A stretch of 37,422 nt of DNA, taken from assembly GCA_964344705.1 (NCBI GenBank), contig CAYFOG010000004.1, positions 22,156-59,577 of the forward strand, written 5' to 3'. Both the position numbers and the translations under genes were made by a program. Source of the DNA: Candidatus Woesearchaeota archaeon (GTDB lineage Archaea > Nanobdellota > Nanobdellia > UBA10117 > ARS21). The notes under the pieces are model-generated. The model had not been told where the DNA came from. It saw only the letters and a program-made list of their open reading frames with translations, and ran no database searches. Positions 26,092-34,902 of the stretch are shown one piece after another (the stretch's first letter is position 1; each line of letters begins with the position of its first letter).

Positions 26092-26766
26092 ATGAAACTT
26101 GGAGTGTTGTTTTCTGGTGGAAAAGATAGTACTTTAGCTATGCATTTGGCTAAAAAATATCATGAGATTTCTTGTTTATTGTCTATGAAATCTGAAAATG
26201 ATGAGAGTTATATGTTTCACACTCCGAATATTGGTATTACTGAGTTACAAGCTGAGGCGTTAGACATTCCTTTGCTGACTGGTTTTACTGCGGGAGAGAA
26301 AGAGGCTGAGCTTTCTGACTTGAAAGCCTTGATTGAAAACGCAGTTGATTTATTTGGAATTGAAGGTATAGTTACTGGTGCGGTTGGCTCAGTTTATCAA
26401 GCATCTCGAGTTCAGAAAATTTGCGCAGAACTTGGACTTTGGTGCTTTAATCCTCTTTGGCAATTTAATCAGATTGAATTGTTGGAAAAATTGGTTCGAG
26501 AAAAATATGAAGTTATTATTTCTTCAATCGCCGCTTATCCTCTTGATCAGCACTGGCTTGGACGGAAGATTGATGCTAAAGCAATTTCTGAATTGAAAGC
26601 TTTGCAAGATAAATACAAAGTTCATCCTGCTGGCGAAGGTGGAGAATTTGAGAGTTTGGTTTTGAACGCTCCGATGTTTAAACATAAAATTAAGGTTGTG
26701 GAATATGAAAAGGAATACGAAAATCATGCTGGAGTGTTTATTGTTAAGGAGGCAGATTTGAAGTGA
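26092..26766 (+). CDS. dph6: Diphthine--ammonia ligase (Dph6, PP-loop ATPase)
   Basis: FSGGKDS, SYMFH, S.YQ..R, PLW, GEGGEFES. Confidence 0.9.
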   Translation: MKLGVLFSGGKDSTLAMHLAKKYHEISCLLSMKSENDESYMFHTPNIGITELQAEALDIPLLTGFTAGEKEAELSDLKALIENAVDLFGIEGIVTGAVGSVYQASRVQKICAELGLWCFNPLWQFNQIELLEKLVREKYEVIISSIAAYPLDQHWLGRKIDAKAISELKALQDKYKVHPAGEGGEFESLVLNAPMFKHKIKVVEYEKEYENHAGVFIVKEADLK

Positions 26767-27284
26767 AAGTATTAATTGTTTCAACTTGCTCAGAGAAATT
26801 AAGTGAGCGAGAATTTGTAAATCCAATTGTTAATTTGATTGGGAAGAACGTTGAGTATGAACTTGCAAATATTTCTGATGCTGAGAAAAAATCTATTGGT
26901 GTTGATAAAATAATTATTTGCGGAACTGCTGTTGCGGATAATGAATATCTTTCGAATAATTTTGAATGGTTGAAGGATTTTGACAAGCCAGTTCTTGGAA
27001 TTTGTTCAGGAATTCAGATTATCGCCAAAACTTTTGGTGGTGAAATTGTTCCGAAAAAAGAGATTGGAATGGTTGAAGTTAAAGGTAATTTGTTTGGACA
27101 GAAGAACTTCAAAGCTTATGCTCTGCACACAAATGGAATTTCTAAATTGTCTGAGTTTAAGATTTTAGCGCGGAGCAAGAAAAGTGTTCAGGCAATCAAG
27201 CATAAATCCAAGGAAATTTATGGAGTTATGTTTCACCCGGAAGTTAGAAATGACTGGGTTATTTCTGAATTCATAAAAGCTTGA
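26763..27284 (+). CDS. Class I glutamine amidotransferase
   Basis: PVLGICSG nucleophile elbow and FHPE; GTGA overlap with dph6 stop. Confidence 0.9.
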   Translation: MKVLIVSTCSEKLSEREFVNPIVNLIGKNVEYELANISDAEKKSIGVDKIIICGTAVADNEYLSNNFEWLKDFDKPVLGICSGIQIIAKTFGGEIVPKKEIGMVEVKGNLFGQKNFKAYALHTNGISKLSEFKILARSKKSVQAIKHKSKEIYGVMFHPEVRNDWVISEFIKA

Positions 27285-27621
27285 ATTCTTTGATTATTTT
27301 GTCGATTTTTACTGCTGAATCTGGTCCGATTGCTAAACAAGTTTTGCTTCCTGGCGGAATCTCAGTTCTTCCTGCATCTCTAATTAATGCTGTGATTAAT
27401 TTTTCCTTCTTTGCGTTTCGATGAGCTTGGAGTAGTGTTTTTAGATCTGGACATTTCAAAACTACTTTAGTCATTCCTGCTTTTTTCCATGAAGCGAATT
27501 CTTTTCTATTTATAGAAAGTAGTGATGCTTCGACGCTCGCATGTGCAACTTGAGCTGCGATTTTTCCACGACTCATTCCAAGTTCCATGTTGACAAGAAT
27601 TGCTTGCTTTAATTCGACCAT
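27271..27621 (-). CDS. pth2: Peptidyl-tRNA hydrolase Pth2
   Basis: GKIAAQVAHA, KVVLK, DAGRTEI.PGS.TCLAIGP. Confidence 0.96.
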   Translation of the reverse strand: MVELKQAILVNMELGMSRGKIAAQVAHASVEASLLSINRKEFASWKKAGMTKVVLKCPDLKTLLQAHRNAKKEKLITALIRDAGRTEIPPGSKTCLAIGPDSAVKIDKIIKEFKLL

Positions 27622-27689
27622 AATTTTTACTATATTTTGAAGTTTATATGTTTTGGGAAGATATTTATTTGAGTAGCTGAAGTTTCTAT

Positions 27690-28547
27690 ATGGCTAAACG
27701 TCGCAGAAAATCTTCGAAGAGAAAGTTTAATTTAGCGTCGTTGAATTTTGATGTGGAGATGCAGCCGATTTTGCTTTCTGCAATATTTTTTGGTTTCGCA
27801 ATTTCATATTCGCAATTTTCTAAAGCTGTTAGTATTTCGTCTGCGCTAACTAGTTTTGTTTTAGCTGTCGCAGTTTCTTATATATTCTTGTTTTTTGTTT
27901 ACAAGCTGTTCAGCAAATTTTTATTCTACAAAAATGCTGAGATGATGAAAAATCATAATCCTACAAACTATTTATTCATTATCGCTCTTGCCGTTATTAC
28001 TAATGGTACAGTCCTATTTTTGGATTTGATGAATTTTGATTTAAAGTTTAAGAGAAGCTATAAACCGTTCTTGAAAGAGGGTTGGCGTTCGGGAGGAGGA
28101 TATGAAACCACTTATCGAAGTGCTCTATTGGTGTCTTTGATTTTGTTTTCAGTAATTATTTCTATTATTCATAATTACTCTGAGAACATTATAACTTACT
28201 ACTTAATGAAACTCCTAATTTGGACTCTTGTTTGGAGTGCAATCCCGACGGCAGTAATATTTAGCGCATTTCTCATGTTAACAGGTAGAGTATTGAAAAA
28301 TGCTAGATTCATGGTGCCTGAAACTGGAGGCGCAAAAATGCTTTTTGCTAATCGTCGAATGTGGATATTCTTTGGAACGCTGTCTTTTGTATGGGGACTC
28401 GGCTTGTTAATGAATGTTGATTTGCTTGGTCTATTTATGATGTCGTTGCTTGCAGCAATAGTTATGCTGTTGTTACTTCTTGTGCTCTGGGATTTTAGAA
28501 CGTCTCCTTCAAAATTCTTTTCCGGAAAAAGTGATGTTACTAAGTAA
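27690..28547 (+). CDS. Polytopic membrane protein, probable degenerate M50-peptidase homologue
   Basis: Multiple TM segments; segment order resembles small archaeal M50 proteins but no HExxH or NxxPxxxxDG motif. Confidence 0.6.
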   Translation: MAKRRRKSSKRKFNLASLNFDVEMQPILLSAIFFGFAISYSQFSKAVSISSALTSFVLAVAVSYIFLFFVYKLFSKFLFYKNAEMMKNHNPTNYLFIIALAVITNGTVLFLDLMNFDLKFKRSYKPFLKEGWRSGGGYETTYRSALLVSLILFSVIISIIHNYSENIITYYLMKLLIWTLVWSAIPTAVIFSAFLMLTGRVLKNARFMVPETGGAKMLFANRRMWIFFGTLSFVWGLGLLMNVDLLGLFMMSLLAAIVMLLLLLVLWDFRTSPSKFFSGKSDVTK

Positions 28548-29295
28548 AAAGTTTCTTGTAATTTGAATAGATTTTCTGCGCAACTTCTTTTTCAGTCTTT
28601 CCTAAAATTTCAGAAATTTTTGTTATTGATTGAGTTATATTTGATGCGTCATTTCTTTCTCCAGATTTTGGTGCTAAGAAAGGTGCGTCTGTTTCAGTTA
28701 GTAGTTGGTTCAGTCCTGCTCTCTTTACTAACTTCTTGAAAGTTTTGCTTCGAACAATCATTGTTGGAATTGAGAAATAAAATCCTGCTTTAGTTGCTTC
28801 TTCTGTTGGTTCTAACTTTCCACAGAAGCAATGCATTATTACTGGGACTTTTGCTTCCTTCATTACTTCAACAGTTTCTGACTCTGCGTTTCTTGAGTGA
28901 ACTATAATTGGTTTTTTAATTTTATTTGCAAGTTTGATTATTTCTCTAAGAACTTCTTTTTGTCGTTCTTGTTTCTTTTTATCTTTTGTCCAGTGATGGT
29001 CAAGTCCAACTTCACCAATTGCTACAATTTTATTTTTGTTGTCTTCAATTTGCTTTAGAATTTCTTTGAGCTCTTTGTCCGATAAACTTCCAGCTTCAGT
29101 TGGATAAACTCCTAACGCGGCATCAACAATATTGTATTTGCTTGCAAGTTTTAGAACTTCTTTGTTATCTTTTGGGTTGAGTCCATTTGTAATTACTTTC
29201 TTTACTCCGGCTTTTTCCATCCGCGAGATAGTTTCATCTATGTCTTTCTTGAAGTTCTTGTATGTGTAATGTGCATGTACGTCTACTAAGTTCAT
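28540..29295 (-). CDS. tatD: TatD family nuclease
   Basis: DVHAH, AIGEVGLD, VHSR, MHCF, LTETDAPF. Confidence 0.95.
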   Translation of the reverse strand: MNLVDVHAHYTYKNFKKDIDETISRMEKAGVKKVITNGLNPKDNKEVLKLASKYNIVDAALGVYPTEAGSLSDKELKEILKQIEDNKNKIVAIGEVGLDHHWTKDKKKQERQKEVLREIIKLANKIKKPIIVHSRNAESETVEVMKEAKVPVIMHCFCGKLEPTEEATKAGFYFSIPTMIVRSKTFKKLVKRAGLNQLLTETDAPFLAPKSGERNDASNITQSITKISEILGKTEKEVAQKIYSNYKKLFT

Positions 29296-30176
29296 AGTGA
29301 TTTCAATGTCGATTTCAGGCTTTTAAGGTCTTTTGCTTTGTTGATTTTTCCTGCGTGCGATTTTAGAAAATAAGTTGCGTGACTTTTGATTATTGAGAAT
29401 CTTGTGTTGTATTTCTTGGCAAGTTCGATATATTCATTTACAAGTTTGAGCTGATTTGTTTCTTTGTATTTTCCAGTTCTTATGAAATCATTACATTGTT
29501 TGAAAATTGCTGGGTTTTTTGCTGCTGCTCGACCGAGCATTATATAGTCGCAATCAGTTGTGCTAATTAGTTGTAGTGCGTCTTCTGGAGAATTTACATC
29601 TCCATTTCCAATCACCGGTATATTGAGTTTGCTTTTCAATTTTTTGATATGATCCCAATTTGCTCCTCCGCCTCTTTTTGTTGCTGCAGTTCTTGGATGA
29701 AGAGTTACTGCTGCGCAACCAACATCTTGAGCAATTTTCCCAATTTTTAGATAGTTAATATTTTTATCTGAGTAGCCTGAACGAATTTTCGCAAAGACTG
29801 GTTTGTTTGTAGATGAAACAATCTTACTTAGAACTTTTTTAATTAGTGGAGGTTCTTCCAAAAGTATTGCTCCAACTTTTTGTCTTTGAGCTTTGCTTAC
29901 TGGGCATCCTAGATTGTAATCAAAAACATCAACTTTGTCTTCAATAAATTTTACTGCTTTTTCAATTTCGTTAAGATTAGTTCCTGCAAGTTGGATTCCT
30001 ATTGAACGTTCTCGCTTTCTATCAATATTTACTTTGTCTATTCCTCTTGCCAGCGGTGCTGCATAAGTCATTTCAGTGAATACTAATCCTGCACCGTATT
30101 TGTAACACATTATTCTGAACGCAGTGTCTGAAACCTTTACCATTGGTGCTGCAAAGAAACGTGATTTGAACTTCAT
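29292..30176 (-). CDS. dus: tRNA-dihydrouridine synthase
   Basis: APM, TEM, QLAG, NLGCP, HPRT, GNGDV, MLGRAA. Confidence 0.94.
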   Translation of the reverse strand: MKFKSRFFAAPMVKVSDTAFRIMCYKYGAGLVFTEMTYAAPLARGIDKVNIDRKRERSIGIQLAGTNLNEIEKAVKFIEDKVDVFDYNLGCPVSKAQRQKVGAILLEEPPLIKKVLSKIVSSTNKPVFAKIRSGYSDKNINYLKIGKIAQDVGCAAVTLHPRTAATKRGGGANWDHIKKLKSKLNIPVIGNGDVNSPEDALQLISTTDCDYIMLGRAAAKNPAIFKQCNDFIRTGKYKETNQLKLVNEYIELAKKYNTRFSIIKSHATYFLKSHAGKINKAKDLKSLKSTLKSL

Positions 30177-30937
30177 TTTTCCAAGACGACTATTTGTCGC
30201 GTCAGGCCTCCATGAACATACCAGTCAAACTTTCCTAATCGTTTGAATTCTTGAGGGATTAATCCAGGAATTTTTAGTTTGCTTGGAATTATTATTACAA
30301 GCCTTCCGTTCTTTTTCAGAACTTTATGTGCTTCCTTCATGAAGGTTCGGAAAAGATTTCTCAAGTTTTTGTCTGAAGTTGTTGAAGATTGTCCGTATGG
30401 CGGATCGCAAACAATTGCTTCAACTGAATTTTTCCTTAAGTGTTTTGAGAGTTCTGTTGCATCGGCTTTGAATATTTTCTTTGGTTTTATTTTGTAATGC
30501 TTGAGATTTGTTTTGGTTTTTTTGAGCATTCGACTGTCATAATCTGAACCGCTAACTTTGATTCCCAACACTCCTGCCTCAATAAGCGTTGCTCCGATTC
30601 CGCAAAAAGGATCAAGAAGCTCTTTCTTTGATCCAGTTAAGTTTACTAGCATTCGAGCCATTTTTGGCTTCATTCCTGTTGGATGAAATGCTGGGCGCGC
30701 AGTTGGTTCTCTGAGTTTGTAACGGCCTTGCTGAAACTCCCAAACTTTATTTCCATTTCTGTAGATTTTCTTTATTAGTGCTGAACGATTTGCAATTTCT
30801 CTGAGTTTCTTAGGGGATTGTTTTAAATCGCATGTTGCTATTTTTCCTCGACGTGAACATTTGGTTTTGAAAAGAGTCTCGACCTCAAATTTTGAGAGAT
30901 TTAAATTTTCGCCAGATAGCTTGAACGTGTAAATCAT
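30173..30937 (-). CDS. trm11: tRNA m2G10 methyltransferase (Trm11/TrmG10), short form
   Basis: LSGEN, RP.FHP..M.PKMARMLVNL, LDPFCGIG, DPPYG, VHGGLTR. Confidence 0.88.
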   Translation of the reverse strand: MIYTFKLSGENLNLSKFEVETLFKTKCSRRGKIATCDLKQSPKKLREIANRSALIKKIYRNGNKVWEFQQGRYKLREPTARPAFHPTGMKPKMARMLVNLTGSKKELLDPFCGIGATLIEAGVLGIKVSGSDYDSRMLKKTKTNLKHYKIKPKKIFKADATELSKHLRKNSVEAIVCDPPYGQSSTTSDKNLRNLFRTFMKEAHKVLKKNGRLVIIIPSKLKIPGLIPQEFKRLGKFDWYVHGGLTRQIVVLEK

Positions 30938-30960
30938 AATTAAAAGGGTTTGAGAGAGTT

Positions 30961-31125
30961 TTATCTCTTTCGTTTTCTTTTTGGGGCCACTGCTTTTCTT
31001 ATTGTTTTGTCAAGAGCTTCAATTCTCCTTTCAAGTCTTACAATATATCTTAGTCCCCAGATTACTCCGATTAATAGACCGATTATTGCTGCAAAAAGAA
31101 TGAATTCGTCAGGTGTGACTGCCAT
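30961..31125 (-). CDS. Small single-TM protein with basic tail
   Basis: FILFAAIIGLLIGVIWGLRYIVRLERRI; TATA-like box upstream. Confidence 0.7.
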   Translation of the reverse strand: MAVTPDEFILFAAIIGLLIGVIWGLRYIVRLERRIEALDKTIRKAVAPKRKRKR

Positions 31126-31162
31126 ATTTGTGTATATGTTCAATCATATAAATAAGTTTTGT

Positions 31163-31597
31163 CTAATAAGGTTGTATTGAACCTGAAAGATCGTCTTCCG
31201 CGCCCACTTCCTCTTCTTCTGCTCTCGCCATTGATGCTCGATAGACTTTTGCGATTCCTGGAGTGACTACAAGCCAGTGTTCTCCAAATGCTGCAATATC
31301 TCCGTCATTTGCTTCAATTGTCTTTTTCAGCTTGTCAATTGCTCGCTTTAATCCAATTGAATCTTTGTCTTTCAATGGAAGCATATTAATTAATCCAATA
31401 GTGTATCCTTCTCGAATTGAATCAAGAATTTCTTTTACTGATTCAAAATCGTGTAGTCTAAAAGTTCTGACCAGTATTTTTGGAGCATGTTTTTTTCGTG
31501 CCTCTTGGCTTAGTTCAACATAATCTTCAGTTAAAATCACGTCGCCAGGATTCCTTAGAATTTTCCCGAATCTACTCCTTAAATTATTTATTGGCAT
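31163..31597 (-). CDS. sepF: Cell division protein SepF
   Basis: DYVEL, ILDSIREG, LKRAIDKLK, GDIA, LVVTP. Confidence 0.9.
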   Translation of the reverse strand: MPINNLRSRFGKILRNPGDVILTEDYVELSQEARKKHAPKILVRTFRLHDFESVKEILDSIREGYTIGLINMLPLKDKDSIGLKRAIDKLKKTIEANDGDIAAFGEHWLVVTPGIAKVYRASMARAEEEEVGAEDDLSGSIQPY

Positions 31598-31655
31598 ACG
31601 GTTTTTTATTACTGTCCAATTATAAAGTTTTAGATGTTTTGATAAATAAAGAAAA

Positions 31656-31904
31656 TTAGCTTTGTACTTCTTCCAAAGCACTTGAGAGGTTCCAAATCTG
31701 TGTTCTTGAGAAGGATTGTAGGTTTGGATCTTCAGATAAGTTTGAAATTTTTTCCCTCGCTTCGTCTAAAATTACGCTAACATCTCGAGAGTTATCTTGC
31801 AAACTTCCCTTAACTTCAATTAGAATATTTTTTATGTTTCTCGGTATTCCTTGCTCTTCGCAGATTTCATCGATGAGCTCAATTGCCTCATTTAGACTTG
31901 TCAT
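31656..31904 (-). CDS. UPF0147 family protein
   Basis: IPRNIK, SEDPNL..FSRTQIWN..SALE. Confidence 0.9.
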   Translation of the reverse strand: MTSLNEAIELIDEICEEQGIPRNIKNILIEVKGSLQDNSRDVSVILDEAREKISNLSEDPNLQSFSRTQIWNLSSALEEVQS

Positions 31905-32229
31905 TTTGTAAACCTTCAGTTACTTCTTTTTGTAATTCTAACGCCTTATTTTTTAACTTTTCTTCTTGTGTGCCGATAGTCTTCAAATGCTTGCTGATTT
32001 CCTTTTTTTGTGTTTCCAGCTCTTTTTTCAAAATTTTAGCATCTTTTTCCAAAATAACGTTTCCAGTCAGGGAGAACACTTTTCCCTTAGCTTTTGATAC
32101 TTCCTCAGCAGAAGTTGTTATTTCTGCATTAGAAAGCTCTAATTGTTGTCTTTGTTGTGTAAAAATAGACAATCTTTGTTGTAAAACATTAAGCTCGTTT
32201 AGCTTTTCTTGGAGTATTTCCGGTTTCAT
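31888..32229 (-). CDS. pfdB: Prefoldin beta subunit
   Basis: Coiled coil - VFSLTGNVIL hairpin - coiled coil; context after pcc1. Confidence 0.88.
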   Translation of the reverse strand: MKPEILQEKLNELNVLQQRLSIFTQQRQQLELSNAEITTSAEEVSKAKGKVFSLTGNVILEKDAKILKKELETQKKEISKHLKTIGTQEEKLKNKALELQKEVTEGLQNDKSK

Positions 32230-32461
32230 TGTTTAGATTCCATACTCTCCAGACGATTGACATCAGCCCGGTAAGAGTTGAGTTAACTGCTCTGAAAGAT
32301 GTTGCATCTTTCGCAGTTATGTTGATTGTGAGTTTGTTTTTTGAAGGTTTTAGTTTGTATCCTGCACGTTGTGTTTCAAAGTTTTGCTCGGGTTCGAGCG
32401 CCGCTCTGTAGGCTTCAATTAGTTCTTTTTTGCCTGTAATTTCTATTTTGGATTGAAACAT
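32189..32461 (-). CDS. pcc1: KEOPS complex subunit Pcc1
   Basis: ALEPE, LTINITAKDATSFRAVNS; TAATG overlap with rpoP. Confidence 0.88.
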   Translation of the reverse strand: MFQSKIEITGKKELIEAYRAALEPEQNFETQRAGYKLKPSKNKLTINITAKDATSFRAVNSTLTGLMSIVWRVWNLNNETGNTPRKAKRA

Positions 32462-32598
32462 TAGCGTGCTAAAGTAGGTTTTGCCTCTGCGCTCCGTTGT
32501 TTTGCTAAAACTCTTGAACTGCAGTAAGGGCAAATTACTCTGAACTTTACCTGTTCAGGTTTTACTTCTTGTGAACATTTTTGACATGTATAAGCCAT
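32461..32598 (-). CDS. rpoP: RNA polymerase subunit P (Rpo12; 45 aa, not in ORF track)
   Basis: Hand translation MAYTCQKCSQEVKPEQVKFRVICPYCSSRVLAKQRSAEAKPTLAR*; rpl37ae-rpoP-pcc1-pfdB order. Confidence 0.93.
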   Translation of the reverse strand: MAYTCQKCSQEVKPEQVKFRVICPYCSSRVLAKQRSAEAKPTLAR

Positions 32599-32828
32599 TA
32601 TATTACCGCCTTCTGTTCTCCAGGAGAGTAAGCTTTCCCAGTGAACTTAACTTCGCAGGATCGGCATTGCCAAATCCCTGTTGAAACTCGTCTGACATTT
32701 TTCTTCATGCAATATGGGCATTTGTGCTTTGCTCGTTGTGGAATTTCTGAAGTGAGTAATCTTTGCTTGATTCGTCTACCGTAACGTGCTCCGAAACGAC
32801 CTGCTGATGCCAGTTTTCTTAGTTTCAT
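32598..32828 (-). CDS. rpl37ae: 50S ribosomal protein eL43 (L37Ae)
   Basis: AGRFGARYG, CPYC, TGIWQCRSC, FTGKAY; start at MKLRK. Confidence 0.96.
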   Translation of the reverse strand: MKLRKLASAGRFGARYGRRIKQRLLTSEIPQRAKHKCPYCMKKNVRRVSTGIWQCRSCEVKFTGKAYSPGEQKAVI

Positions 32829-32873
32829 GGTTCTTTTGTGTATGTAGCCTTTAAAAGACTTTTCAATGCGAAA

Positions 32874-32946
32874 TGCGCCGACCGGGATTTGAACCCGGGT
32901 CACCGGCTTGGAAGGCCAGAATGATACCAGACTACACCATCGACGC
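32874..32946 (-). tRNA. tRNA-Gly(TCC)
   Basis: GCGTCGA/TCGGCGC acceptor, anticodon loop CTTCCAA. Confidence 0.95.
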
Positions 32947-33014
32947 GCTGGTTTTCTTCTATTATTTGAGTTTAAAAAGTTAACCTTTAAAACTTGCGTT
33001 GGCTTGATTTGTAT

Positions 33015-33656
33015 ATGAAAGTGCTGATTTGCGTAGCTCATCCAGACGATGAGGTTCTTGGGGCGGGAGGCGCTATTGCTTCATATGCTAAGAATGGTGA
33101 TGAGGTAGCTTCAATTATCTTCACTTACGGTGAAAATTCTAGTTTGATAAAACCGCGCTCTCAACTCGCTCGGGAGCGGATTTCTGAGTCTACTCGGGCA
33201 TGTAAAATTCTTGGAGTTAAGAATCTTCACTTCTTAGGTCTGCCTGATACTACTCTTCGTCGGGAGCGTCGAACTGAGGAAACCAAAAATAAAGTTGGAC
33301 GGCTTTTGAAACAGTATAATCCTGATATCATCTTGACTCACTCAATTGATGACGGTCATCCGGCGCACATTAATGTTGCTAAGCTTGTTAAAAAACAAGT
33401 TAAGTCTCGAAGATTAAAGTCTCGAATTTATACTTTTAATAATTGGTCTCCAATTCGGCACAAAAATTTGAGAAAGCCAAAATTGGTTATTAACACCAGC
33501 AAGGTTTTTGGGAAAAAGAGACGGGCACTTAAAGAGTTCAAGAGTCAAACTAAGACTTTAGGTTGGAGTTATAATGTTGCTCTAACTTTTGTTAAGGATT
33601 ATTGGAACGGTGTTCGTCACGGAACTACGACTGCGGAGGTATTTTACAAATGGTGA
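33015..33656 (+). CDS. PIG-L/LmbE family N-acetylglucosaminyl deacetylase
   Basis: AHPDDE, R..E...AC.ILG, PDIILTH, DGHPAH, FKSQ. Confidence 0.9.
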   Translation: MKVLICVAHPDDEVLGAGGAIASYAKNGDEVASIIFTYGENSSLIKPRSQLARERISESTRACKILGVKNLHFLGLPDTTLRRERRTEETKNKVGRLLKQYNPDIILTHSIDDGHPAHINVAKLVKKQVKSRRLKSRIYTFNNWSPIRHKNLRKPKLVINTSKVFGKKRRALKEFKSQTKTLGWSYNVALTFVKDYWNGVRHGTTTAEVFYKW

Positions 33657-34762
33657 AGAAAAAAATTCTATTTGTTTCAGATACTTTCTATCCGCGAGTT
33701 GATGGAATTGTTCGGTTTATGGAAGAAACTTACAAACATCTGAAAAAAGATTTTGATATTAAGTTCTTGGTTCCGCGACTTAAAGGAGGGCGGAAAATGA
33801 TTGCTTCGCGGAAGATGAAAGTCATTTACACTCCGACGTTTAATTTTACAATTGCAGAATTTAAGCCGGGAAGACCCGTTAGTAAAACAATTAGTGATGC
33901 TGTCGATTGGGCAGATGTTGTTTTTGTAAATACGCCCGGCGGACCTTTGGGTGCAAGCGCAGTTTATACTGCGAGTGGTAAAAAGAAATTAATTGGTTAT
34001 GCTCATACAATCGACTGGGAACTTTTTCCTTTTGCGATTGGTCGGAAAAGTGTTGGAAGACTTTTGAAACCTTTGTTCAGAAGAATTTATTCAAGAATAG
34101 ATATTATTCTTGCTCCAGACAAATCAATTGTTACAAAATATAAGAGGGCGGGAATTAAATCTAAATTTAAAATTGTTCCGTTAAATGCGGACCAGACTCG
34201 CTTCAAAGAAAATTTGTTTGACCGTTTGCGAGTTCGGAAAGATTTGGGAATTGTAGGAGATTTTGTTATTGGATTTCATGGGCGATTGAGCAAGGAAAAA
34301 AATATTGGATTGTTGGTTGATTCATTTAAACAGTTTAGAAAAAAACATCCAAGATCTTCTTTGTTAGTTTTGGGAGACGGTCCTGAGAGAAACAAAGTTA
34401 AAGGCGATGGTGTTATTTCAACTGGTTTTGTTTCTGATCCGGAAAAATATTTGCGAGCAATGGATGTTTATGTTCTTCTTTCCAAAACGGAGACTTCTGC
34501 GTTGAGTTTGATGGAAGCTATTTCAACAGGTGTTCCAGTTATAACTTCTGATGCTGGATTAATTCCAACTTATGTAACTTCTCGAAGAGGAATTGTTTTG
34601 AAAAAATCCCAACTGAAGAAAGGTTATGTTTCTAAAGCAATTGAGATGGTCTATGAATCTCCAGTTAAGTCAAAATTGAAAGCAGTTGGAGCAAAATTGT
34701 TTACTGACTCTAGAAATTGGAGCGATATTGCGAACGACTTAAAAAGAGCTTTTGAAGATTGA
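33650..34762 (+). CDS. Family 4 (GT-B) glycosyltransferase
   Basis: SDTFYPRVDG, GRLSKEKN, GDGPE, ETSALSLMEAISTGVPVI. Confidence 0.93.
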   Translation: MVKKKILFVSDTFYPRVDGIVRFMEETYKHLKKDFDIKFLVPRLKGGRKMIASRKMKVIYTPTFNFTIAEFKPGRPVSKTISDAVDWADVVFVNTPGGPLGASAVYTASGKKKLIGYAHTIDWELFPFAIGRKSVGRLLKPLFRRIYSRIDIILAPDKSIVTKYKRAGIKSKFKIVPLNADQTRFKENLFDRLRVRKDLGIVGDFVIGFHGRLSKEKNIGLLVDSFKQFRKKHPRSSLLVLGDGPERNKVKGDGVISTGFVSDPEKYLRAMDVYVLLSKTETSALSLMEAISTGVPVITSDAGLIPTYVTSRRGIVLKKSQLKKGYVSKAIEMVYESPVKSKLKAVGAKLFTDSRNWSDIANDLKRAFED

Positions 34763-34766
34763 TATT

Positions 34767-34901
34767 GGACCTGTAGCTCAGCTTGGATAGAGCACTTCCC
34801 TCCTAAGTAAGGAGCCAACCCTCCTTACCAACCTTCCCTTGGATAAGTTGGTGCGCCACGGAGTAAGGAAGGGGTCGAGAGTTCAAATCTCTTCAGGTCC
34901 G
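34767..34901 (+). tRNA. tRNA-Arg(CCT) with 60-nt intron (34806-34865) at canonical 37/38
   Basis: GGACCTG/CAGGTCC acceptor; CTTCC-CTCCTA^A-GGAAG; BHB with CTCC/GGAG central helix and two TAA bulges. Confidence 0.93.
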
Positions 34902-34902
34902 C

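Noticed and set aside
32829..33041. Apparent 70-aa N-terminal extension of eL43
   Set aside because: Reads through tRNA-Gly; real start is ATG 32828
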